This document shows, piece after piece, positions 9,519-17,518 of a stretch of DNA of 64,000 bases. The translations under genes and the position numbers were made by a program. Under the pieces are notes generated by a model. The model had not been told where the DNA came from. It made no database searches and was given only the letters and a program-made list of their open reading frames with translations. Position 1 is the first letter of the stretch. The number at the start of each line of letters is the position of its first letter. The DNA comes from an uncultured Oscillospiraceae bacterium. Its GTDB lineage: Bacteria > Bacillota > Clostridia > Christensenellales > CAG-138. The stretch lies in NCBI GenBank assembly GCA_964490325.1, contig CAZBBX010000005.1, forward strand, positions 20,121 to 84,120, read 5' to 3'.

Positions 9519-10865
9519 TTAGACGAGACCCTGCGCCATCATGGCGTCAGCGACCTTCTTGAAGCCTGCGATGTTCGCGCCTGCGACCAGGTTATAGCCC
9601 AGACCGCATTCTTCGGCAGCCTTCATGGAGGAGTCGTGGATGTTGACCATGATGTTGTGCAGCATCTTGTCGACTTCCTCGGCGCTCCAGCTCAGGCGCT
9701 CGGAGTTCTGGCTCATCTCCAGACCGGACACGGCCACGCCGCCTGCGTTGACCGCCTTGGACGGGGCGACCACAAGGCCCTTGTTCATCAGGAAGTACAG
9801 CGCCTCGTTGGTGGTGGGCATGTTGGCGACCTCGATGTAGTACTTGGTGCCGTTGCCAAGGATCTGCTCGGCTTCCTTCATGCCGATCTCGTTTTGGAAC
9901 GCGCAGGGCATGCAGATGTCCGCCTTGTGACCCCAAGGCTTTTCCTTCGGGAAGAAGGCCACGCCGAACTTCTCGGCGTAATCCTGCACGCGGTTGCGGC
10001 CGCTGCTGCGCATTTCGACCATGTAGTCGAACTTTTCCTGCGTGGCAACGCCGTCGGGATCGTAGATGTAGCCGTCGGGACCCGCAAGCGTGACGACCTT
10101 GCCGCCCAGCTCTGCGACCTTCTTGCAGACGCCCCAGCTCACATTGCCGAAGCCGGAGATGGCGATCTGCTTGCCCACGATGCTGTCGTGCTCGTGCTTG
10201 AGGACTTCGCACAGGTAGTATACCGCGCCGTAGCCGGTGGCTTCGGGACGAATGAGGCTGCCGCCGAAGCTGGGGCCCTTGCCCGTCAACACGCCGTTTT
10301 CAAAGCCGTTGCGGATGCGCTTGTACTGCCCAAAGAGGAAGCCGATCTCGCGGCCGCCCACGCCGATGTCGCCTGCGGGGACGTCGATGTTGGGGCCGAT
10401 GTGGCGCTGCAGCTCGGTCATAAAGGACTGGCAGAAGCGCATGATCTCCATGTCGGACTTGCCGTTGGGATCAAAGTCGGAACCGCCCTTGCCGCCGCCC
10501 ATGGGCAGGGTGGTCAGGCTGTTCTTGAAGGTCTGCTCGAAGCCCAAGAACTTCATGACGGACAGATTCACATGCGACGCAAAACGCAGGCCGCCCTTGT
10601 AAGGCCCGATGGCGCTGTTGAACTGCACACGGAAGCCGCGGTTCACGCGCACCTTTCCCTCGTCATCCATCCAAGGAACGCGGAATTCAATGACGCGCTC
10701 CGGCTCGACCAGCCGCTCGAGCAAGCCCGCTTTTTCGTATTCGGGATGCTTGTCAACGACCACTTCAAGGCTCTTGAGCACTTCTTCGACTGTCTGCAAA
10801 AATTCAGGCTCGTGCGCATCGCGCTTCTTGACCATTTCCAACACGCGTTCGGTATAGCTGTTCAT
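9519..10865 (-). CDS. gdhA: NADP-specific glutamate dehydrogenase
   Basis: I trimmed the ORF to the ATG at 10865, which has GGAGG upstream (MNSYTERVLEMVKKRDAHEPEFLQ...). Family signatures are KGGLRF, LPMGGGKGGSDFDP and GFGNVSWG. Confidence 0.9.
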   Translation of the reverse strand: MNSYTERVLEMVKKRDAHEPEFLQTVEEVLKSLEVVVDKHPEYEKAGLLERLVEPERVIEFRVPWMDDEGKVRVNRGFRVQFNSAIGPYKGGLRFASHVNLSVMKFLGFEQTFKNSLTTLPMGGGKGGSDFDPNGKSDMEIMRFCQSFMTELQRHIGPNIDVPAGDIGVGGREIGFLFGQYKRIRNGFENGVLTGKGPSFGGSLIRPEATGYGAVYYLCEVLKHEHDSIVGKQIAISGFGNVSWGVCKKVAELGGKVVTLAGPDGYIYDPDGVATQEKFDYMVEMRSSGRNRVQDYAEKFGVAFFPKEKPWGHKADICMPCAFQNEIGMKEAEQILGNGTKYYIEVANMPTTNEALYFLMNKGLVVAPSKAVNAGGVAVSGLEMSQNSERLSWSAEEVDKMLHNIMVNIHDSSMKAAEECGLGYNLVAGANIAGFKKVADAMMAQGLV

Positions 10866-11114
10866 GCGATCCTCCACTAAAACTTGCATTTTCGGCCAAA
10901 CATGACCGATCAGTTTCATCATATCACTTTTTGCCCTCTTGTCAATCGACGCAAAGCCCCGCGGACAAGCGTTTTGAGAATATATTTAATCATATCCAAA
11001 AAGAGGGAAAACCCGCACAAAAGCGCCGTCCGAAGCGCCGCTTCCCGCATGAAAATTCGCCGCCCCGCCGCCCCCTGAACGCGTCCGTGCCCGCAGGTGA
11101 AATGCCGTTTTTCC

Positions 11115-11143
11115 TTTACTATCTTTGCGAACCATGCTAAAAT
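11115..11143 (+). promoter_or_regulatory. Candidate promoter for the 11173-16228 two-gene module
   Basis: TTTACT (11115-11120), a 17-nt spacer ending in TGC (extended -10), then TAAAAT (11138-11143), 30 nt before the ATG at 11173. Confidence 0.4.
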
Positions 11144-11172
11144 AGGAGAAAAGCAGAGCGTGGGGTGGAAAA

Positions 11173-12153
11173 ATGCAGGCCATTGCATCGCAGCAGATCG
11201 ACGTGAAGGAAAATGGGCTTGCCGCATTGTCGTTGAGCATTCTTGGAGTACTGCTGGCAGATAAGACGACCGGCAGCAACATCCTGTGGGCGACCGATGA
11301 TTACGCCGCAAACGGCGAGGGCTATCGCAGCACCGAGCGGATCGAGATCTCCAAGATCACCGGTGCGCATGGGGAGCTCATACGCCCCCGCGTACAAAAG
11401 ACCAGCGACAAAAAGCAAACGCGCATTCGCAACATGGCGGAGGTCTTCACGCCGTCATGGGTATGCAACAAGCAAAACAATCTCATTGACAGCGCTTGGT
11501 TTTCGCGGGAAGCCGTTTTTAACACAGAGACGGACGGCGCTTGGATCCCGTCTGCCGAGCCGATCGCCTTTGAAAGCACAGGGAAGAAGACTTGGGAACG
11601 GTACGTTGCTGCGCAGCGCATTGAGATCACCTGCGGCGAAGCGCCCTACCTTGCGAGCCGCTATGACACGGTAAGCGGCGCTCCCATTCCGCTGCAGGCG
11701 CGCATCGGGCTGCTGGATCGAAAGCTGCGCGTGGTCAATGAAAACGCAAAGGACGACGCCGACTGGCTGCACCACTCGATCCGCGCCTTTCAGAGCGTGT
11801 ACGGATTTGAGTTTCAAGGCGACAATTTGCTGTTGGCGCGGGAGAACCTTTTGCAAAGCTTCATCGACTACTACACGGCACGCATGCAGCAAGCCCCGTC
11901 TGTCAAGCTTTTGCGGATCATCGCCAACATCATCGCGTGGAATATTTGGCAGATGGACGGCCTTAAATATGTAGTCCCCTACAGCTGCCACGATGAAAAG
12001 TCCGTCACCTCTCTGCTTGGGACTACCGAGACCTTTCCCTGCCCCGGCTGTAGAAGCAACAACATGCACAGGCATAACGGAGTCTATTGCAGGGTCATGG
12101 ATTGGCGTTCCAAGAGGAGCGTTCGGTTCATCGACATGATAAAAGCGAGGTAG
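11173..12153 (+). CDS. Methyltransferase N-terminal-half-like protein (motif X/I/II-like, no NPPY) with a C-terminal Cys/His cluster; partner of the downstream fusion protein
   Basis: AEVFTPSWV is motif X-like, IEITCGEAPYL resembles the ExxCGxGxF motif I, and YGFEFQGDNLLLARENL is motif II-like. The C-terminus has SCHDEK...CPGCRSNNMHRHNGVYC. The stop is 4 nt before the next start. The exact family was not identified. Confidence 0.5.
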   Translation: MQAIASQQIDVKENGLAALSLSILGVLLADKTTGSNILWATDDYAANGEGYRSTERIEISKITGAHGELIRPRVQKTSDKKQTRIRNMAEVFTPSWVCNKQNNLIDSAWFSREAVFNTETDGAWIPSAEPIAFESTGKKTWERYVAAQRIEITCGEAPYLASRYDTVSGAPIPLQARIGLLDRKLRVVNENAKDDADWLHHSIRAFQSVYGFEFQGDNLLLARENLLQSFIDYYTARMQQAPSVKLLRIIANIIAWNIWQMDGLKYVVPYSCHDEKSVTSLLGTTETFPCPGCRSNNMHRHNGVYCRVMDWRSKRSVRFIDMIKAR

Positions 12154-12157
12154 AGCC

Positions 12158-15100
12158 ATGGAGCAAAGAACCATACCAAAGATCGTCTATGTGCCGACCG
12201 TATCCTACAAGCTGATCTATGTGTTTTGCGTACACGATGCGGCGCATGAAGGCTTGCTCAAGGTGGGGGACGCCTCCTTGCCCACCTTGGCCGCGCCTGA
12301 CACGCTTTTGCCAAATTGCAGCGCGCTCAATGCGGCTGCAAGAGCGCGTATCAACAGCTACACCATCACCGCGGGGGTCTCCTACCATCTTTTGTATACC
12401 GAGCTTGCGATACGCCGCGAGACCCGCGACGACGGGAGCACGGAAACAGTGGCATTCCGCGACGGCAGCGTACATGCGGTACTGAGCAATTCGGGCATTG
12501 CAAAGGTCTATCCCAATGAAGTCAACGCAAACGAGTGGTTCCGAACGGATCTTGCCACGGTGCTGAACGCCATCAAGGCGGTCAAGCAGGGCAGAAGAAC
12601 GCTGTATGCCTCGGAGATCACCCCCGCCGACGCCGTGGAGATCCTTCTGCGTCAAGAGCAGGAGGACGCCATCCAAAAGACCATTGAGCGCTTCCGCCGC
12701 GGTGACAGCATGCTGTGGAACGCCAAGATGCGCTACGGCAAGACGGTCACGGCGCTGTCCTTGGTCAAGCGGCAGCTTGACAAGTATCAAAAGACCATCA
12801 TCGTCACCCATCGCCCCGTTGTGCAAAGCGGCTGGCAGGAAGATTTCTACAAGGTGTTTCGCAATTCGGACTGCGTCTTTGCCGCCAAGGATCACGACTC
12901 GGACAATCCCGAGGAGAGCAGCAGGATCGATTCTGCCAACGAGCTGCAGCTTAAAAGCCTTGTCACAGGCGGCAAACCCTTCATCTACTTCGCTTCCATC
13001 CAAGATCTGCGCGGCTCCAAGCAGGTGGGCGGCAGCTTCAACAAGAACAACGCCATCTTCAAAATGCACTGGGATCTGGTCATCAACGATGAAGCGCACG
13101 AGGGCACGCAGACCGACCTTGGCAAGCGCGTCACAACGGAGTTGACCTCCAAGGACACCAAGGTGCTGTCGCTTTCCGGTACGCCTTTCAACATCCTCTA
13201 CCAATACGATGACGACAGTATCTACACCTGGGACTATTGCATGGAGCAGGCGATGAAGCTGGAGTGGGACAAGACGCATCCGGGCGATCCCAACCCCTAT
13301 GCTTCCCTGCCGCAGATGCACATCTTTACCTACGAACTTGGCGACATCATCCGTGGGCTTTCCCCGGAGCTTGCAGGCAAGGCCTTCACCTTCACCGAGT
13401 TCTTCCGCACTTGGAGCGGCGATCCCCAAAAGGACGGCGAGGACGTTCCGCACGGGAAACACATCGGCGATTTTGTGCGTGAAGCGGATATCGTCAAGTT
13501 TCTGAACCTTATCACGACCAAGAGCGACGAGAGCGACTATCCCTTTGCCACGGAGGAGCATCGGCGCTTCTTCCAACACACGCTTTGGATGATCCCCGGC
13601 GTAAAGGAAGCAAAGGCGCTCAGCAAGCTCCTTAGGGAGCATCCGATCTTCCGAAACTTTGGGATCGCAAACGTGGCGGGTGAGGGGGACGACTTTGAGG
13701 ATCAGCACTACACCGACGCCCTTGCCCTCGTCAAAAAGACCATTCGGGACAACGACTATTCCATCACGCTTTCCTGCGGGAAGCTGACCACAGGCGTTAC
13801 CATCAAGGAATGGACGGCCTGCATGATGCTTTCCGGCTCTTACTTCACAGCGGCGTCCACCTATCTGCAGACCATCTTTCGCGTACAGTCCCCCGGCAGC
13901 ATCGACGGCAAGGCAAAGGAGCACTGCTACGTTTTCGACTTTGCCCCGGATCGCACGCTCAGGGTACTGGCCGAAGCGGCAAATGTCGCAAGGAAGGGCG
14001 GAACGGGCGGTACCAAGACGGACGATGCACACCGCGCCGCCATGCGAAAGTTTTTGAACTTCTGCCCCGTGCTGGCGATCTCGGGCACGAGCATGAAACC
14101 CTACAGCGTCGACACCATGATGCAGCAGATCAAGCGCATCTATGCCGAGAAGGCCATCCGTTCGGGCTTCGACGACGCCTCCATCTACAACGACCGCTTG
14201 TTCACACTGGACAAGGAAGCAGAGGAGCTGCTGGCGGCGCTGAAGGCGCAGATCGGCGCGACCAAGGCCATCGACAGCGGCAATGAGGTGAAAGTCAGCC
14301 ACAACGGCCTGACCGAAGAGGAATACGAGCAGCAGAAGGAGATCCAAAAGAAGCCCAAGCGAGAGCGGACGCCCGAGGAGCTTGCACAGCTTGCGCAGCA
14401 CAAGGAGCAGCTCAAGCAGCGCAACAACGCCATCTCCATCCTGCGCGGCGTATCGGTGCGTATGCCGCTGCTGATCTTTGGCGCGGACGTTCCCTTTGAC
14501 GAGGACATCACCATCGAGCGCTTTGTCGACATGGTCGACGACAGCTCTTGGACGGAGTTCATGCCCCGCGGCGTGACCAAGGACGTCTTTAGAAAGCTGA
14601 TCCCCTTCTATGACGGGGACGTCTTTCTTGCCGCCGGCAAGGAGATCCGCGAACAGGCAAAACGCGCCGACGGTCTGCTGCCCACAGAGCGCGTGCAGAC
14701 GATAGCACAGCTGTTTTCGTACTTCAAAAACCCCGACAAGGAGACCGTCCTCACCCCGTGGCGCGTGGTCAACCTGCACATGAGCGATACGCTGGGCGGC
14801 TATGATTTCTTTGACGAGGCGCACGAGCAGTCCCTTGACACACCGCGCCTTGTTGACCGCGGCGCCGTGTCGTTTGAGACGCTTTTGAACCCCGACGCCA
14901 AGATCCTTGAAATCAATTCCAAGACGGGTCTGTATCCGCTGTATGTCAGCTACAGCATCTATCGCGCCAAGTGCGAGGCCTTTTTGCACCCCGCACAGGC
15001 GGAGCAAGCGCGGGAAAAGCGAGAGCTTACCATCAAAAAGCAGCAGCAGCTGTGGGAGGCGACCGTGCGGGAGTGCGTGTTTGTCATCTGCAAGACCAAG

Positions 15101-16228
15101 ATGGCAAAGACCATCACGCAGCGTACACTGTTGGGCTATAAGGCCGCAAGGATCAATGCCCACAGCTTTGACGATCTTGTCAACCAACTGAAAAACAAGC
15201 CCGATCAATTCATCGGCAAGGTGAAGCGGGCTTCCTTCTGGAACGTACAAGGAGAAACGGAAATGAAATTCGATGCAGTCGTAGGCAATCCGCCGTATCA
15301 GATCATGGACGGCGGCAACAAAGCAAGCGCTACCCCTGTCTACAATTACTTTGTTGAGCAGGCAAAGTGTCTTACGCCAAAGTACATTTCCATGATAATG
15401 CCCGCTAAATGGTATTCCGGAGGAAAAGGGCTTGATGGATTTAGAGATGATATGTTGAATGATGTTCGAATTCAAAAGTTGGTGGATTTTGAAGACAGCA
15501 ATTTTGTATTTACCGGAATCGATATTGCTGGTGGTGTTTGCTTCTTCCTTTGGGACAAAAAATACAATGGGAAATGCACTATTTACAATAGATCTAAAAA
15601 CGGCATTGAACACGTCGAAATGCGATACCTTAATGCTTTTGATACCTTTATACGGAATAACAATGCTATTGAAATCGTCCATAAGGTTACCGGAGGTACG
15701 GACCACTTTATGAGCGAATTGGTTTCTGCGAGAAAGCCATTTGGTTTACCAACTAATACGAGTTCAATAACTAATGGTGATCTTTCGCTAAGATATAATG
15801 CCGGAATGGGAAAGTATGCAAGATCCCAAGTTACCGCAGGACAAGGGATAATTGATAAGTGGAAAGTTATTATATCCTACTTAAGTTCGGAACATGCCGG
15901 ACAACCTGATAAGAACGGCATGTTTAAGGTGCTATCCACACTTGAAATATTGCCTCCTAAAGCAATATGTACGGAAACGTATTTAGTTGTTGATAGTTTT
16001 GAAAGTAGGAGCGAAGCGCAAAATCTAATGGATTATCTTAAGGCTAGATTCGTTCGGTTCTTAGTGCTGCAAATTGCTTTATCTCAGCATATTACTCGCA
16101 ATAGTTTTAAGTTTGTCCCCATCCAAGACTTCACCAAGTCTTGGACGGACGAGGAGCTTTACGCGAAGTACGGTTTGACCAAGGAGGAGATCGCCTTTGT
16201 TGAGGCTACCATCAAACCCATGGAGTAA
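12158..16228 (+). CDS. Fusion protein: T5orf172/GIY-YIG-like N-domain, SF2 (ResIII/DEAH) helicase-translocase, Eco57I-like NPPY adenine-methylase module, variable C-terminal domain
   Basis: The N-terminal KLIYVFCVHD..LLKVGDAS..ANEWF is GIY-YIG/T5orf172-like. Helicase motifs are MRYGKTVTA (I), VINDEAHEG (II), LSLSGTPF (III), and TGVTIKEW and FRVQSPG (V/VI). FDAVVGNPPYQ is motif IV. The tail WTDEELYAKYGLTKEEIAFVEATIKPME is conserved. The 1192-aa antisense ORF has no recognisable motifs. Confidence 0.75.
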   Translation: MEQRTIPKIVYVPTVSYKLIYVFCVHDAAHEGLLKVGDASLPTLAAPDTLLPNCSALNAAARARINSYTITAGVSYHLLYTELAIRRETRDDGSTETVAFRDGSVHAVLSNSGIAKVYPNEVNANEWFRTDLATVLNAIKAVKQGRRTLYASEITPADAVEILLRQEQEDAIQKTIERFRRGDSMLWNAKMRYGKTVTALSLVKRQLDKYQKTIIVTHRPVVQSGWQEDFYKVFRNSDCVFAAKDHDSDNPEESSRIDSANELQLKSLVTGGKPFIYFASIQDLRGSKQVGGSFNKNNAIFKMHWDLVINDEAHEGTQTDLGKRVTTELTSKDTKVLSLSGTPFNILYQYDDDSIYTWDYCMEQAMKLEWDKTHPGDPNPYASLPQMHIFTYELGDIIRGLSPELAGKAFTFTEFFRTWSGDPQKDGEDVPHGKHIGDFVREADIVKFLNLITTKSDESDYPFATEEHRRFFQHTLWMIPGVKEAKALSKLLREHPIFRNFGIANVAGEGDDFEDQHYTDALALVKKTIRDNDYSITLSCGKLTTGVTIKEWTACMMLSGSYFTAASTYLQTIFRVQSPGSIDGKAKEHCYVFDFAPDRTLRVLAEAANVARKGGTGGTKTDDAHRAAMRKFLNFCPVLAISGTSMKPYSVDTMMQQIKRIYAEKAIRSGFDDASIYNDRLFTLDKEAEELLAALKAQIGATKAIDSGNEVKVSHNGLTEEEYEQQKEIQKKPKRERTPEELAQLAQHKEQLKQRNNAISILRGVSVRMPLLIFGADVPFDEDITIERFVDMVDDSSWTEFMPRGVTKDVFRKLIPFYDGDVFLAAGKEIREQAKRADGLLPTERVQTIAQLFSYFKNPDKETVLTPWRVVNLHMSDTLGGYDFFDEAHEQSLDTPRLVDRGAVSFETLLNPDAKILEINSKTGLYPLYVSYSIYRAKCEAFLHPAQAEQAREKRELTIKKQQQLWEATVRECVFVICKTKMAKTITQRTLLGYKAARINAHSFDDLVNQLKNKPDQFIGKVKRASFWNVQGETEMKFDAVVGNPPYQIMDGGNKASATPVYNYFVEQAKCLTPKYISMIMPAKWYSGGKGLDGFRDDMLNDVRIQKLVDFEDSNFVFTGIDIAGGVCFFLWDKKYNGKCTIYNRSKNGIEHVEMRYLNAFDTFIRNNNAIEIVHKVTGGTDHFMSELVSARKPFGLPTNTSSITNGDLSLRYNAGMGKYARSQVTAGQGIIDKWKVIISYLSSEHAGQPDKNGMFKVLSTLEILPPKAICTETYLVVDSFESRSEAQNLMDYLKARFVRFLVLQIALSQHITRNSFKFVPIQDFTKSWTDEELYAKYGLTKEEIAFVEATIKPME

Positions 16229-16251
16229 CGCGCCTGCAGGCGAAAAAGCGT

Positions 16252-16280
16252 TTGACAAGCGGGGAACGGGGGAATATACT
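16252..16280 (+). promoter_or_regulatory. Sigma-A promoter driving the riboswitch and cation antiporter
   Basis: TTGACA (16252-16257), an exact 17-nt spacer, then TATACT (16275-16280). Confidence 0.6.
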
Positions 16281-16284
16281 AACA

Positions 16285-16381
16285 GCGTAAAGGGGAGTAG
16301 CGGCGAAGGTTTTTCGCGGCTGTCCGCGTCATCACGGCGCTCATAACGCCCGCGGCTGTCAATTTCGCAAGACTTTTACGT
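16285..16381 (+). promoter_or_regulatory. Probable yybP-ykoY (Mn2+-sensing) riboswitch
   Basis: The sequence contains GUAAAGGGGAGUAGCG...GUCAAUUUCGCAAGACUUUUACG. The AAAGGGGAGUAG and GCAAGAC boxes and the closing P1 helix (CGUAAAG/CUUUUACG) match my memory of the yybP-ykoY consensus (L. lactis yoaB: AAAGGGGAGUAGCGUC...UAGCAAGACCUUU). It lies in the 5' leader of a cation transporter. Confidence 0.6.
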
Positions 16382-16430
16382 CATCTTTGTATGGCGGAAA
16401 AGTCTTTTTTTCTGCCGAAAGGAGTTTTCC

Positions 16431-17411
16431 ATGTCGTTTTCCGTTCCCGATTCCCTGTTTTGGACCATCGCGCTGTTTGCCGTTGGTCTTGCCGTCATCT
16501 GCCTGTCGGGCGACCGCTTTGTGGACGCCTCCGTGGACATTGCCAAGCGCCTGCGCATTCCGCAGCTGGTGGTTGGCGCCACCATCGTCTCCCTTGGCAC
16601 CACCCTGCCCGAGATCTTGGTCTCCACAAGCGCCGCGCTTGAAGGCTCCCCCGAGATCGCCGTAGGCAACGCGCTGGGCAGCATCATCTGCAACACCGCG
16701 CTCATCGCCGCCCTTGGGCAGCTGTTGGCTCCCGCAAAACGCGTGGAAAGCGGCTCCGTGGGCTGGCGCTTCCTGTTCTTTGTGGGCGCGCTTGCCGCCT
16801 TTGCCGCCTTAAGCGCCGTGCTTGGCTACCTGCCGCGCATCTACGGCATCGCCTCCCTCGTCGCCTTTGCCCTGTATGCCTACCTGTCCGTGCGCAGCGC
16901 CCGCAAGGGGCAGCAGCCGACCGAAAACAGCGAGGATCTCAATAAGATCCCCTCCATTCCCATCTCCCTAATCAAGCTCGTCCTCTTTGCAGCCTTGCTG
17001 TTTGTGGGTGCGCAGCTGCTCATCGACAACGGCAAGGTGCTTGCCATCAACTATCTGGGCGTGCCCGAACGCGTGGTCGCCGTCACGCTCATCGCGCTTG
17101 GCACCTCCCTGCCCGAGCTGGTCACCACCCTCAGCTCCGTCGCCAAGAAGCAGGGCGACATCGGCCTTGGCAACATCATCGGCGCCAACCTGTTCAACCT
17201 GCTGCTGGTGCTGGGCATCCCCTCCGCGCTGTCGGGACAGATCGCCATCACCCAACCCTCCACCCTGTATCTGGACGCCCCCCTGTGCCTTGTTGTGATG
17301 CTGCTTTTGATCGTTCCCATGCTGGTGAAGAAGAAGGGCTCGCGCCTGTTCGGCGGCATCCTCATTGCCCTGTATATCGCCTACTGCGCGTACAGCTTTA
17401 TTGCCGTTTGA
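16431..17411 (+). CDS. Ca2+/cation antiporter (CaCA, YrbG-like sodium/calcium exchanger family)
   Basis: Two alpha-repeat motifs are present: GATIVSLGTTLPEILVS and LIALGTSLPELVTT. There are about 10 TM segments, and the N-terminus has SGDRFVDASVDIAKRLRIPQLVVG. Confidence 0.85.
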   Translation: MSFSVPDSLFWTIALFAVGLAVICLSGDRFVDASVDIAKRLRIPQLVVGATIVSLGTTLPEILVSTSAALEGSPEIAVGNALGSIICNTALIAALGQLLAPAKRVESGSVGWRFLFFVGALAAFAALSAVLGYLPRIYGIASLVAFALYAYLSVRSARKGQQPTENSEDLNKIPSIPISLIKLVLFAALLFVGAQLLIDNGKVLAINYLGVPERVVAVTLIALGTSLPELVTTLSSVAKKQGDIGLGNIIGANLFNLLLVLGIPSALSGQIAITQPSTLYLDAPLCLVVMLLLIVPMLVKKKGSRLFGGILIALYIAYCAYSFIAV

Positions 17412-17443
17412 GAAAACAGCGGCGGCTTTCCGCCATGAAAGCG

Positions 17444-17488
17444 CACCCGCCTAAGGGGAAGCTCGCTTCCTTTTGGCGGGTGTTTTCA
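17444..17488. terminator. Bidirectional terminator between convergent genes
   Basis: CACCCGCC (17444-17451) pairs with GGCGGGTG (17475-17482) and is followed by TTTTC on the plus strand. The flank on the minus side is also U-containing. Confidence 0.55.
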
Positions 17489-17518
17489 ATTATGCCGCAA
17501 GGCGCAGCGCTCTAAAAA

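Noticed and set aside
9492-10880. Long plus-strand ORFs antisense to gdhA. The same applies to 23362-25551 antisense to parE, 53026-54672 antisense to gyrA, 37310-38827 across obg/nth and 17708-19090 antisense to the lipoprotein gene.
   Set aside because: The opposite strand encodes unmistakable conserved proteins. These are stop-codon-poor shadow frames in GC-rich sequence.
12128-15706. A 1192-aa minus-strand ORF antisense to the helicase-methylase gene
   Set aside because: It has no recognisable motifs. Its composition (very rich in R/G/A/L/V) is typical of antisense frames in high-GC DNA. The plus strand carries a full set of helicase and NPPY motifs. The antisense ORF ends exactly where GC drops.
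16229-16246. Perfect 12-nt palindrome CGCCTGCAGGCG right after the ORF2 stop, considered as a terminator
   Set aside because: It is too short to form a stable stem-loop (at most 4 bp plus a 4-nt loop), and it is followed by A5 rather than a U-tract.
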